Shown one piece after another: positions 35,040-45,046 of a DNA stretch of 64,000 nt. The translations under genes were made by a program, and so were the position numbers. Origin of the DNA: Candidatus Parvarchaeota archaeon (GTDB lineage Archaea > Nanobdellota > Nanobdellia > WJKC01); the NCBI GenBank assembly GCA_030615175.1, contig JAUWZX010000001.1, forward strand, positions 588,044 to 652,043, given 5' to 3'. Position 1 is the stretch's first letter; the number at the start of each line of letters is the position of its first letter. The notes under the pieces are model-generated. The model had not been told where the DNA came from, ran no database searches, and saw only the letters and a list, made by a program, of their open reading frames with translations.

Positions 35040-36500
35040 ATGCAATGGCAAACAAGTGAGGGAATTGAATTAAAAGAGGTTTCAGAACATAAATGGATGA
35101 TTCCTAAGTCAGGTAAGATGAAGGTTCCTGCAGTAGTATTCGCATCAAAAAAATTGCTCGGCCAGATAAGGAAGGATAGGACGCTCGCTCAGTTGAGGAA
35201 CATGACTGAATTACCAGGGATTTACAAGCACGCAATATGCCTTCCAGACGGGCATCAAGGATACGGTTTCCCGATTGGAGGAGTCGCTGCATTAGATTTC
35301 CATAACGGAGGCATTAGTCCTGGCGGCATTGGGTATGACATTAATTGCGGCGTCAGGATGTTCAGAACTAATTTGAGGAAGGAAGATGTAGTGCCGAGAA
35401 TTAATGAATTAATTAATATTATTTATAATAATGTGCCTTCAGGCGTTGGAGTGGGCGGAAAGCTTGGCAGGATACCGGTCAATGAATTAAACAAAGTTCT
35501 GGATTACGGTGCTAAATGGGCGCTTGATAAAGGGTATGCCTGGAAGGAGGACTTAATGTGTACAGAGGATAATGGTTCACTGGAGGGAGATCATAATCTT
35601 GTTTCGCGGAGAGCGATTGAGCGCGGCAGACCTCAACTTGGCAGTTTAGGGGCTGGCAATCACTTCCTTGAAATCCAAGTAATTGATAAAATATATAATC
35701 CTGAAGTCGCCAGGGCATTCGGCATTGAGAGTGAGGGGCAGGTGACTGGAATGATTCACTGCGGTTCAAGAGGTTTAGGGCATCAAGTGTGCAGTGACTA
35801 CTTAAGGATGATGGAGCGCGCTCAGCCTGAAATAGTTAAATCCTTGCCTGACAGGGAGTTAATTTATGCTCCAGCAGGCAGTAAGATGGCTGGTGATTAC
35901 TTCAAAGCGATGAATGCAGCGGCTAATTACGCCTGGACTAACAGGCAGTTAATACTTCACTGGGTCAGGGAGTCATTCGAATCAGTGTTTAAGAAGAAGG
36001 CTGAGGATTTAGGAATGCATCAAATCTATGATGTGTGCCATAATATCTGCAAGGTTGAAGAGCATGAAGTGGACGGCAGGAAAATTAAAGCATTCGTTCA
36101 CAGGAAGGGAGCGACGAGGGCGATGCCTAAGGGGCACCCGTTAGTTCCTAAAGTTTATGAGGGTGTTGGGCAGCCAGTACTGATTCCCGGCACCATGGGC
36201 ACTGCCAGTTACTTACTGGTTGGCGGTGAGGAGTCGCTTAAGGAAACTTTCGGCTCAACTGCTCACGGAGCTGGAAGAATCATGTCAAGGCATGCAGCAG
36301 CCAAGAAGTACTGGGGTGAGAATATTAAGAAAGAGTTAATGAGTAAGGGAATAATTGTTAAGGCGCGCAGCATGAGAGGCGTTTCCGAAGAGTCGCCTGG
36401 AGCGTATAAGGATATTGATGAAGTAGTGAGAGTCAGTGATGCTTTAGGCATTGGCAGATTAGTGGCAAGAGTTGTTCCTGTAGGAGTTATTAAGGGTTAA
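35040..36500 (+). CDS. rtcB: RNA-splicing ligase RtcB
   Basis: 486 aa. GYDINCGVRM, HCGSRGLGHQ, PGTMGTASY, STAHGAGR motifs. Confidence 0.9.
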   Translation: MQWQTSEGIELKEVSEHKWMIPKSGKMKVPAVVFASKKLLGQIRKDRTLAQLRNMTELPGIYKHAICLPDGHQGYGFPIGGVAALDFHNGGISPGGIGYDINCGVRMFRTNLRKEDVVPRINELINIIYNNVPSGVGVGGKLGRIPVNELNKVLDYGAKWALDKGYAWKEDLMCTEDNGSLEGDHNLVSRRAIERGRPQLGSLGAGNHFLEIQVIDKIYNPEVARAFGIESEGQVTGMIHCGSRGLGHQVCSDYLRMMERAQPEIVKSLPDRELIYAPAGSKMAGDYFKAMNAAANYAWTNRQLILHWVRESFESVFKKKAEDLGMHQIYDVCHNICKVEEHEVDGRKIKAFVHRKGATRAMPKGHPLVPKVYEGVGQPVLIPGTMGTASYLLVGGEESLKETFGSTAHGAGRIMSRHAAAKKYWGENIKKELMSKGIIVKARSMRGVSEESPGAYKDIDEVVRVSDALGIGRLVARVVPVGVIKG

Positions 36501-37707
36501 TCATTTGTTCAATTCTTAACAGCCTGTTATACTTGCTGGTGCGCTCTCCTCTGCATGGAGCTCCTGACTTAATGAATCCGCAGCCCAAACCTACTGCGAG
36601 GTCTGCAATAAAGTCATCGCAAGTCTCGCCTGAGCGGTGGGAGACAATCACTTTTAACTTACTTCTCATTGCAGTTCTTGCAACGCTTAATGTTTCAGTT
36701 AATGTTCCAGCTTGATTTGGTTTAAGTATTATTGCACTGCATGATTCATTATTAACTGCCTGCTTTAACCTTTCCTGGTTAGTGGCTATTAAGTCATCAC
36801 CAACCACGTCAATATTTTTTAATCTTCTTTTAAGGTCTGTAAAAGCCCCCCAGTCATCCTCCTGGAATGGGTCTTCAATACTAATGATTGGATAATCATT
36901 AACTAGTTTCTCATAGTAATCCATTAATTTACCAGTGCTTAACTTCTTCCCGTTAACCAAGTACTTGTCTTTACTGTAAAATGATGAGGCTGCAACGTCA
37001 AGAGCGATTGAAGCGTTACTGCCTGAACCGTAAACTGCTTTCATGATTAAGTCAAGCGGTTCAGTAACTTTCTTAAATGGAGGAGCGAATCCTCCTTCAT
37101 CGCCAACATTAATGGATGCTTTGCCGTAATTAGTTAAGAACATTGATTTCAGTGAGTTGTAAATCCCGACTCCTGAACGCAGGCATTCTGCAAAACTCTT
37201 TGCTTTAGGAACTATCATGAATTCCTGGAATGCAAGTTCATTCCCTGCATGCATTCCTCCGTTAATAATGTTAAAGTAAGGTATTGGCAATTTCTCTCTG
37301 CCAAGCAATTCATAAGGTTCTTTGCCTTTAATCTTCGCGTTTAATTTAAAGCATGCAATACTAACTGCTATTACAGCGTTAGCTCCGAGCCGCGACTTAT
37401 CATTGGTTCCGTCAAGCTTGATTAAGGCCTTATCAATTAATTCCTGTTTACCAAGGTTCATGCCTTTTATTTCCGGCAGCATTAGTTCCTTAACATTCCT
37501 CACTGCCTTCAGCACTCCTAAGCCGCCGTACCTTTTGCCTCCATCCCTTAACTCAACTGCTTCATGGCTGCTTTTGCTGGCTCCTGAAGGCGCGCTTGCC
37601 TTTGCAAAGTGTTTTCCGGAGTAAGCAGTGACTTCAATGGTGGGGTTGCCTCTTGAGTCAATAATCTCTAATGCTTTCAAGTTTGTTAACTTTATTAACT
37701 TCACCAT
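36490..37707 (-). CDS. eno: enolase
   Basis: 405 aa. ..LEIIDSRGNPTIEVT.., SHRSGET. Confidence 0.9.
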   Translation of the reverse strand: MVKLIKLTNLKALEIIDSRGNPTIEVTAYSGKHFAKASAPSGASKSSHEAVELRDGGKRYGGLGVLKAVRNVKELMLPEIKGMNLGKQELIDKALIKLDGTNDKSRLGANAVIAVSIACFKLNAKIKGKEPYELLGREKLPIPYFNIINGGMHAGNELAFQEFMIVPKAKSFAECLRSGVGIYNSLKSMFLTNYGKASINVGDEGGFAPPFKKVTEPLDLIMKAVYGSGSNASIALDVAASSFYSKDKYLVNGKKLSTGKLMDYYEKLVNDYPIISIEDPFQEDDWGAFTDLKRRLKNIDVVGDDLIATNQERLKQAVNNESCSAIILKPNQAGTLTETLSVARTAMRSKLKVIVSHRSGETCDDFIADLAVGLGCGFIKSGAPCRGERTSKYNRLLRIEQMINP

Positions 37708-37775
37708 TAACTTCTAATACGTCTTTTATGATTATTAAAGTTTTTATATTAGAACATTTAGTAGATTTATTATAC

Positions 37776-38852
37776 ATGATTAATGAACCATTGATTGTTG
37801 GTGCAGGACCTGTCGGGTTAAGGATTGCTAATAACTTAGCAAGAGCTGGTTTTGAACCGTTAATTCTTGAAGAGCATGATGAGATTGGCAGTCCTGTGCA
37901 GTGCGCCGGGCTCATAAGCACTAATATTCTGGGAGTTCATAAACCTCCTGCTGAAAGCATTCTGAACAGGGTTTATGGTGCTAAATTCATTTCAAGTAAT
38001 AATTCAGTATTAATGATTTCAAAAAAAGTCAGGGCATTCGTTATTGACAGAGAGTTATTTGACAAGTCATTCATTAATGATTCATTAAATATTCTTAGAG
38101 GGCATAAAGTGTTAAGACATGATTACACGAGGAAAGGAGTGAGAATTAAGACTGAGCGCTCAGCTTTTTCAGCCAGAATGCTTGTTGACTGTTCAGGACC
38201 TAAGAGTGATTTAAAATTATTAACTGGCATTCAGGCCAGAGTAAGATTAAAGCATGATTCGCGCTATGTTGAATTACACTTTAATGCTTGCAGGGATTTT
38301 TTCGGGTGGGTGGTGCCTGAGAGTGATGAAGTGGTAAGGATTGGACTGGCAACTGCTTACAAGCCAAGAGAACACTTTAATGCTTTCCTGAAGAAGTTAG
38401 GGGTTAATGAAGTCATTGAATTAAATGCTGGAATGATTCCAATGAGTATTGCATCTTTCTGTGATAATAATTTCATCAGGGTTGGTGACAGTGCAGGGCA
38501 GGTTAAGGCAACTACTGGCGGTGGAGTCATTACAGGGTTATTAAGCGCTGATGTTGCGTCAAGAGCTGTGATTAAAGCGTATGAAGAGAATAATTTTAGC
38601 CGGAAGTTCTTCATTAATAATTATTATAAACCGTTCAATAAGTCTGTTGGCAGAGGGTTAAGGATTCATCATAGGATAAGGAGTGTTATGAATAATTTCA
38701 GTGATAAGGATTTTGATGAATTAATCAGTTTCTTAGAAAAGAATAAGAAAACATTATTGAAATATGGGGATATGGATTTCCCTGCTAAGTGCTTGATGAA
38801 GATGTTATTGAAGCCTGGTAATTGGAGTTTTATTTTAAAAGCCATAAAATAA
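37776..38852 (+). CDS. geranylgeranyl reductase family FAD-dependent oxidoreductase
   Basis: Start moved to ATG 37776 (MINEPLIVGAGPVGLRIANNLARAG, a Rossmann GxGxxG). ..RVGDSAGQVKATTGGG.. is typical of this family. Confidence 0.8.
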   Translation: MINEPLIVGAGPVGLRIANNLARAGFEPLILEEHDEIGSPVQCAGLISTNILGVHKPPAESILNRVYGAKFISSNNSVLMISKKVRAFVIDRELFDKSFINDSLNILRGHKVLRHDYTRKGVRIKTERSAFSARMLVDCSGPKSDLKLLTGIQARVRLKHDSRYVELHFNACRDFFGWVVPESDEVVRIGLATAYKPREHFNAFLKKLGVNEVIELNAGMIPMSIASFCDNNFIRVGDSAGQVKATTGGGVITGLLSADVASRAVIKAYEENNFSRKFFINNYYKPFNKSVGRGLRIHHRIRSVMNNFSDKDFDELISFLEKNKKTLLKYGDMDFPAKCLMKMLLKPGNWSFILKAIK

Positions 38853-40218
38853 TTCCAACAGCATTCATCATTACATGGGCTGAGATGGCGCTTTCAAGCC
38901 CCCACTTGCTTCTTAAGTAGCCAAGGATTAACCCTATTATGAAGGTGGGGATTAAGCTTAGGAATAGTAGTGGATTATTAATTAATGACATGTTAATGCT
39001 GATAACAGTGAACATTAATGCTTGAGTTATTATTGCCTTATGCTTGGTCATGCGTGCCCTGAGACTTCTTAGTATAACACCTCTGAATAATAATTCACAG
39101 CCTAAGGGCAGGATTAAGGCGTTGCTGGCAATCACTAAGATAATGCTTAACGTGGTGTAATCAAATGAGTAGTCAAGCGTGACAGTGGTTAGTGATGATA
39201 GTATTAAATTAATTGTTCCGTAAATAATTAATATCACTAACCCGAATGCCAGTCCAGTAATCCATTCCTTTAATTCGCCGTCATAATTCAGGTTATTAAT
39301 GTTTAAATTCCTCTTCTTAAGGTATATTATGGAAGCCGTGATTAATACTGTTCCCTGGATTAATGGCATGAGCCAGAAAGCAGCAGAGTAATCATTAATC
39401 ACGAGTATTTCGAAGAATATTAATCCTGTGACGAGCAGTATTACTGCAATGAAGGCTATGAACGCGTCTTTGTATGCCGCGTCAGCTGCCCTTGCCTGCC
39501 TTAATTCCATTTTCTCAAGCCATAACTTTTTTCTTAACTCATTCTTTTTCTGCACTTGAACATACTGCTCTGCTGTCTGAGTCATTGGAGTTAATCTCCT
39601 GATTAACCTAAATATGCCAACCAGTATTACCAGCAGGATTCCTGATACTATGAGTGTTGCTATGTCTAGCGGGATTAACGTGTACACGAAGATTATGGCA
39701 AGGTATGATATTAAGTTGGTTGATATTGATGAATTAATGAAGAAGGCGACTTTTTTGGATATTGCGTGGAAGTAATTAATGATTAATTGAGTTATGCTCA
39801 TCGCGCCTAATCCTATTACTAGCCATATCTTGTAGGTTGGCGGTGTGATGAGGTTAATAATGCTTAACCCATGCTTATTGTATAGGAATTGAAGCAGGTT
39901 AATGCTTACGAATATTAATACTATTGAATTACCGAAGGCTGTATTCCAGCCTAATTCTTCTTCCCTGTGCCTGCCGAAGTATAATTGCATTAGGACCATT
40001 GCTATTAGTAGTGGTGTGACTATCCACATGACGTTTGGTTCTGTGAATGGGGCTGTGATTACTTCAACCATTCTCGGCGCAAGGTCGTTTGTTATGAAAT
40101 TCAGGAAGTTAACGGCAACGTCATTTAGTACTGGCGTGATTGGTGAATTAATGCCTGGAATAGGATTCTGGACAGTAATGTTCTGTATAGTGGCATTAAT
40201 CGTTTCATTCAATACCAT
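38830..40218 (-). CDS. polytopic membrane protein with C-terminal CPBP (CAAX-type) intramembrane protease domain
   Basis: 462 aa. ..LPLGCELLFRGVILRSL.. (EExxxR-type motif) and ..SAHVMMNAV.. (His motif) in the last third. Confidence 0.65.
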   Translation of the reverse strand: MVLNETINATIQNITVQNPIPGINSPITPVLNDVAVNFLNFITNDLAPRMVEVITAPFTEPNVMWIVTPLLIAMVLMQLYFGRHREEELGWNTAFGNSIVLIFVSINLLQFLYNKHGLSIINLITPPTYKIWLVIGLGAMSITQLIINYFHAISKKVAFFINSSISTNLISYLAIIFVYTLIPLDIATLIVSGILLVILVGIFRLIRRLTPMTQTAEQYVQVQKKNELRKKLWLEKMELRQARAADAAYKDAFIAFIAVILLVTGLIFFEILVINDYSAAFWLMPLIQGTVLITASIIYLKKRNLNINNLNYDGELKEWITGLAFGLVILIIYGTINLILSSLTTVTLDYSFDYTTLSIILVIASNALILPLGCELLFRGVILRSLRARMTKHKAIITQALMFTVISINMSLINNPLLFLSLIPTFIIGLILGYLRSKWGLESAISAHVMMNAVGIILWLLK

Positions 40219-40414
40219 TTAAGGATTAATGAATACATCAGGGTTATTTAAAAATAACTTTATTTTAGCAGGTTATTATTAAACCAAAAACTTAAAAAAG
40301 GATATGGGCTAAAAAAATAATAGCCTTATTCTGTAATGGCTGAGAGGGTTTTTCCAACTTTTTAATATAATAATTCTTATTTACTTTTTATCAAAGAAAG
40401 CGGACAAAAAGTAC

Positions 40415-40564
40415 ATGTCATTATCAATTGTTAATGTTGGCGTATTAATTTTTTTAATAATTTTAATATTCGGTCAATTTTTATGGCCTTGTAATTATTT
40501 AATAAGCATGATAATTTGTTTATTGGCTTTATTTTTTACTCTTTATGTTAAATGGAGCAAATAA
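40415..40564 (+). CDS. 49-codon hydrophobic ORF
   Basis: MSLSIVNVGVLIFLIILIFGQFLWPCNYLISMIICLLALFFTLYVKWSK with two TM-like segments. Below the track cut-off. Could be non-coding. Confidence 0.25.
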   Translation: MSLSIVNVGVLIFLIILIFGQFLWPCNYLISMIICLLALFFTLYVKWSK

Positions 40565-40628
40565 AGTTATTTCTTGCCATAAAAAGTAATTTGTAGAATC
40601 ATGGTTGAGGACTTAATAGATAGTTAAA

Positions 40629-40637
40629 CTTATAAAG
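40629..40637 (+). promoter_or_regulatory. BRE/TATA-like element
   Basis: AAACTTATAAAG sits about 22 nt upstream of ATG 40659, which is leaderless-type spacing. The same AAAnnTTATAAA pattern recurs upstream of other ORFs in this window. Confidence 0.45.
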
Positions 40638-40658
40638 TCTTTTTTAATACGAAATTGC

Positions 40659-41186
40659 ATGGTTACACAAAAAGATGACAATGTAGTTGGAAAGGCTGAT
40701 GATTATCGTTTATGCGATATTTGTGGAAGGAATCGTCCTATAAAAGAAATAGCTGGAAAATGTACATATACAGGATGTGGTGCTTGGGTTTGTAATGACT
40801 GTGTCTTAAAATGTGAAGAATGTAATAAAATATATTGTCCAATCCACGCAAGAAAATTATCTGAACGGGAATTAAGAAAAGGAAAAGAAGATAAAGTAGG
40901 TAAAACCGCATGTCATACCTGTATACCTAAAAAAAAGAAAGGATGCTTTATAGCAACTGCTGCATATGGTACACCCTTTGCGAAAGAAATTGATACTTTA
41001 AGATTTTGGAGAGATAAAACTCTTTCCAATAATGTTTTTGGAAGAAAATTTATAAGTTTCTATTATTTTGTAAGTCCACCGATTGCTGATTTTATTGCGG
41101 ATAAACCAAAGATAAGAAAATTTGTAAGAACATGTTTAAATCCTTATGTAAAGTTTCTACAAAGTAAGTATAAACTCAGGAATTAA
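40659..41186 (+). CDS. Cys-rich zinc-ribbon protein with CFI-box-type C-terminal domain
   Basis: N-terminal CDICG..CTYTGCGAWVCNDCVLKCEECNKIYCPIH..CHTC. C-terminal CFIATAAYGTPFAKEIDTLRFWRDKTL..VSPPIADFI matches the CFIATAAYG-type (CFI-box-CTERM) motif as I remember it. Confidence 0.55.
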   Translation: MVTQKDDNVVGKADDYRLCDICGRNRPIKEIAGKCTYTGCGAWVCNDCVLKCEECNKIYCPIHARKLSERELRKGKEDKVGKTACHTCIPKKKKGCFIATAAYGTPFAKEIDTLRFWRDKTLSNNVFGRKFISFYYFVSPPIADFIADKPKIRKFVRTCLNPYVKFLQSKYKLRN

Positions 41187-41259
41187 GCAGTTGAAGTCCA
41201 TGATATATGGAACATTAACATGAATAAAGTTTATTTAGTTCTTCTTAATTATTAAGATT

Positions 41260-41769
41260 ATGAAAGAAAAAGAGTTATATGAACCTGCTAAAAAAGCAAT
41301 AATTAAATGGTTTAATAATGAATATTCTGCTATTAATAAATCAAAAAGGGTCGGCATGATAAAGGCTTGGATTTCAGCTAATAAAATTCCAAGGGAATTT
41401 AAAAGGAATGTAAGTGATGATACATTACTTATCTTTAGTAAAGAAAAAGACAGACCAGATATTGTGGGAACTGTTTATATAAATAATACTTGTGATATTT
41501 TTACTGCAGAAGTTAAAAATAGAGAAATAAAAGTAAAAGACATTTACCAACTTAAAAGATACGCAGAATTGCTGAAAGCAAAGCACGCTTTTCTTATTTC
41601 ACCAGAGCCTCTTCCTGAGGAAATAAGAAGAGTTATAAAAAGGAATCCTTCAATTACTTCGTATTCAGCAGGACACCATGTGATGCACATTCCGAGATTT
41701 GACGTAGAAAAACAAAGGATTACTGAAATTGAAGCAGAAATTACAAATATTGAGATTCGAAGTGGTTAA
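41260..41769 (+). CDS. PD-(D/E)xK nuclease-fold protein
   Basis: 169 aa. ..RPDIVGTVYINNTCDIFTAEVKNREIKVKDIYQLKRYA.. gives the D..E-x-K pattern. Confidence 0.45.
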   Translation: MKEKELYEPAKKAIIKWFNNEYSAINKSKRVGMIKAWISANKIPREFKRNVSDDTLLIFSKEKDRPDIVGTVYINNTCDIFTAEVKNREIKVKDIYQLKRYAELLKAKHAFLISPEPLPEEIRRVIKRNPSITSYSAGHHVMHIPRFDVEKQRITEIEAEITNIEIRSG

Positions 41770-41784
41770 AAACAACTCTTTTTA

Positions 41785-42012
41785 TTGACTTTTATTATTA
41801 ATCCTAAAAAACTAACAGATTACGAATTATGCAACAACGCTTATTTTTTAGGCAGTGCCTCCGAAGAGCAAAGTATCTACAACGTAGAAGGAAGTAGAGT
41901 TGACAAGTCATTAAAAAGCAGGATTACGAGTAATTATAGGTGTCACCAATATATGACTACGATTTACATGTCAAAGCGGTTGAGGGAATATTTGAAATCC
42001 TTAATTCAGTAA
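41785..42012 (+). CDS. hypothetical small protein
   Basis: 75-aa ORF with TTG start. No motif. Confidence 0.25.
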   Translation: MTFIINPKKLTDYELCNNAYFLGSASEEQSIYNVEGSRVDKSLKSRITSNYRCHQYMTTIYMSKRLREYLKSLIQ

Positions 42013-42073
42013 TCTCGTTTCTTACCATTATTTTCAATTTACTTGTTGCTTTTATTGATGGTTTATTCAGGAC

Positions 42074-42616
42074 GTGTTTTCAATGACTGAAATTGATTTT
42101 ACTAAAAAAAGTATTATTTTCGGCTTTAAGCCATCCCGCTTGCAAAACCATTATTTCCCGTCGGGTGGTGCTCCAGGAGTAATTATTAATATTGATGAGA
42201 TTATGATACCTAACTGGTCTTTTGATAGCCTACGGGATTTTAAGGACTGGCTCTATGAAGAATTTTATGATTTGGCTGACGGAAAATATTTTATACAATG
42301 TGTAAGCAAGGAGATACCTTACTGGAAAAGAAATGCGAAAAGACCTAATTACAAAGTTGACTTAATCACGCTAATTGTCTTTGAGATACAGCATGGAGTT
42401 TTTAGGTTGCGTGAAATTAATAAACGGACTGGGCGGAAATTCCCACTCTATAAGATTATTAAAGGAAACGATTGGATGCAAAAAACAGTCAATTTGCTTG
42501 ATAATGATGATTATGCTTATTATTGTAGCCAACCCCAAGAACTCCACAGACAAGTATTGAAGCAATTTGCTATTAAATATGGGGTTTTGGAACGTCCAGT
42601 AAGGTCGCAGTACTGA
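42074..42616 (+). CDS. hypothetical protein
   Basis: 180-aa ORF (GTG start, possible ATG at codon 4). No motif. Confidence 0.4.
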   Translation: MFSMTEIDFTKKSIIFGFKPSRLQNHYFPSGGAPGVIINIDEIMIPNWSFDSLRDFKDWLYEEFYDLADGKYFIQCVSKEIPYWKRNAKRPNYKVDLITLIVFEIQHGVFRLREINKRTGRKFPLYKIIKGNDWMQKTVNLLDNDDYAYYCSQPQELHRQVLKQFAIKYGVLERPVRSQY

Positions 42617-42711
42617 GAAAACAGGTTACTTTAATCAAATAAGTAGGTATCTATTAGTGTTAGGATACTCTAAGGAAAATAAGCCTTTATTGAATATTAA
42701 GGTTGATTAAA

Positions 42712-42720
42712 CTTATAAAT
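42712..42720 (+). promoter_or_regulatory. BRE/TATA-like element
   Basis: TTAAACTTATAAAT sits about 24 nt upstream of ATG 42745. Confidence 0.45.
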
Positions 42721-42744
42721 AACTTAAGTAATAAGTAATTTGTA

Positions 42745-44346
42745 ATGGAATATGATTTGCCCAAACGCTCTAAGGCGCAAAAAGTTGGAACACAAGGACA
42801 AGTAGATTTTTATGGTCAAATGAATCCTTTCTTCATTCTTACACAAACTTATCAAGACAGTGATTACGGAATTGATTTTATGAGTCAATTAGAAATTGAT
42901 AATCAAGTTACAGGAAATTACGCAAATTTTCAAATAAAAAGCAGTGAAGATAAATGTTCTGAAACAAAAGATTATTTTTCCATTAAAATCAAAAGAAAAA
43001 CTATTGAATTATGGAGGCAATCCGACCCCGCTTTTTTAGTATTTTTTGACACTAAAAATAAAATTGGTTATTGGGTTTATGTTAATCCAATAATTAATGA
43101 AAATTATTCTTTATTAAAAAAGACTTTTACATTTAGAGTATACAAAAAAAATTTATTAATTATAAATAATGATTTAAATGAAATTTTAAAGAACATAATT
43201 CTTGAACAAAATAAAAAAAGGCTTTCAACTGAACCAGCTCTTATTTATTTAGAATTTCAAGATATTTCTTTAGATTATAAAGAAATTACTAATAGAAATA
43301 TTGAAACAGCTAAAAAAGCCTTTAAAAGTAAAGAATATGATAAAGCAAAAAAATTATATGATAAAATAATTAAAACCAGTAAATTAAGTAAAAAACATAC
43401 TTTTAATTGTTTTAATAATCTTGCTGCTTGTTATTTGGAATTAAATAATTTAGAGCAAGCATTTAATTATTTAAATAAGTGTTTAAAGTTTGGTTTAAGA
43501 AAGAGATTAATTTTATCTAATTTGTCTCAAATCTGCGTAAAAATATCCGAAACTAAAAAACAGTTTTTGAAGAAAGCAAGAGATTACGCAGTTATGGCAT
43601 TAAAACTTGATAAAAAGGATATTTTAGCTAACATAACTTTATCAGGGATTAATAATAATTATAGTAATTTATTGCCTTTATTAAAATTAGAAATGAAAGA
43701 TGAATTAAAAGCTTTTTTAAATTATTCAATTGCTTATATAAAAGATAATAAAAATGAAAAAGATTCGTTTGAATATGCAGAAAAAGCGCTTTCTATCGAT
43801 AAAGATAATCATGGATTCAATTCATTTTTAGGGTGTTTGCATTTAAAAAGAACTAATACTCCTTTAACAGGAAACTTAGATGAAATTAGAAAAAATATAA
43901 AAATTGATGATGTAACTAAAGCAATTAAATACTATAAAAAAAGTCTTGAGTTAATGAAAAAACAAGGACTTAATAAAGCACAAATGGAAACAACAAGAAA
44001 TAATTTATTAACTGTTTATTCGCTTATTTGTTTGTATGACCCATTAAATGTTAAATCTTATAAAAGTAAAGTTATAGCAATTTATAATTCACTTCTTAAA
44101 AAAGATTATTATGCTCATCTAAATTTAGCAAATATATACTTATTAGATAAGGATTTTGATAGCGCATTAAAAATACTTAATTTGTTACCAGAAGATAATA
44201 TTGTGTTGCCTAATAAACTAAAATGTTATGTTTCACAAAAAAATTACGTTACTGCATTAAAAAAAATTAATGAAAATTTTGAAAGATTTGAAGATGATGA
44301 AGAAATAATGAAACTACATTCATGGCTAACATCTAAGATTAAATAA
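42745..44346 (+). CDS. DUF4365-like (restriction-endonuclease fold) N-terminal domain fused to TPR repeats
   Basis: 533 aa. N-terminal ..GTQGQVDFYGQM..DSDYGIDFMSQLEIDNQVTGNYANFQIKSS.. matches the DyGiD..vQvKss signature of DUF4365 as I remember it. The C-terminal two-thirds has repeated A/Y/L-spaced helices (..AKKLYDKII.., ..EQAFNYLNKCL.., ..AIKYYKKSLEL..). Confidence 0.55.
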   Translation: MEYDLPKRSKAQKVGTQGQVDFYGQMNPFFILTQTYQDSDYGIDFMSQLEIDNQVTGNYANFQIKSSEDKCSETKDYFSIKIKRKTIELWRQSDPAFLVFFDTKNKIGYWVYVNPIINENYSLLKKTFTFRVYKKNLLIINNDLNEILKNIILEQNKKRLSTEPALIYLEFQDISLDYKEITNRNIETAKKAFKSKEYDKAKKLYDKIIKTSKLSKKHTFNCFNNLAACYLELNNLEQAFNYLNKCLKFGLRKRLILSNLSQICVKISETKKQFLKKARDYAVMALKLDKKDILANITLSGINNNYSNLLPLLKLEMKDELKAFLNYSIAYIKDNKNEKDSFEYAEKALSIDKDNHGFNSFLGCLHLKRTNTPLTGNLDEIRKNIKIDDVTKAIKYYKKSLELMKKQGLNKAQMETTRNNLLTVYSLICLYDPLNVKSYKSKVIAIYNSLLKKDYYAHLNLANIYLLDKDFDSALKILNLLPEDNIVLPNKLKCYVSQKNYVTALKKINENFERFEDDEEIMKLHSWLTSKIK

Positions 44347-44749
44347 TAAATTAATCATGGTTTGTTAAAATAAATATTTAATACAATTCTGTTTTAATTT
44401 AGCATAATGCCTGTACTTAATTGGATGGGATAAATTATGATGAACGTTTGGTTAGAAATCAGTGAGAAAACACTAAATCTTACGCATAATGTAGGGTATT
44501 CTGTTAAGGGTTCTGTAAACCTTAATTAGACGGCTTGAAATTGGGTTTTAACCTATGTTTTTTTGAGGAGTCAATGAAATAGGCTTGGATTTAATATAGA
44601 AAGGTTTAAAAAGATAGTGGAAACTTTTATAACATCATAATATATATAATAATATGTTATAATACCAGTCAAGCTGGTAATCCATATCCACCCACCACAA
44701 CTTCTATGAATTTTATGCCACTGTCAGTGTTAACAGCAACTATTCCCAC

Positions 44750-45046
44750 TTAACCATCAATAGTTCTAGAATTATTGAGTGATATCGCTGGGGAACCAGC
44801 CTGACCATAATTTAATCTATTTAATTGATCTCTAAGGTGTAAGATTTTTTCATTTAATTTATCTATATTATCTTGAGATGCCTTTAATATTTGAAGGTCG
44901 CCGTTTGCTATGACGATTACAGAACTGCCGGCACTTAAGTCATTTTCCTTAAGCCATTTTTGGGGTAAAGATATAACTACTGAAGCACCTGACCTTACAA
45001 GGTTTCTTCGTTCAACGGATGGTGGATATTTTAATTTAATTTCCAT
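44750..45046 (-). CDS. AbrB/SpoVT-family DNA-binding protein
   Basis: 98 aa. ..VRSGASVVISLPQKWLKENDLSAGSSVIVIANGDLQI.. followed by a coiled C-terminal tail. Confidence 0.6.
   Translation of the reverse strand: MEIKLKYPPSVERRNLVRSGASVVISLPQKWLKENDLSAGSSVIVIANGDLQILKASQDNIDKLNEKILHLRDQLNRLNYGQAGSPAISLNNSRTIDG

Noticed and set aside
37658-37921. ORF 37658..37921 (-) and the 37671 start of the reductase gene
   Set aside because: These are shadow or extended frames across the divergent eno / reductase promoter. The Rossmann motif begins right after ATG 37776.
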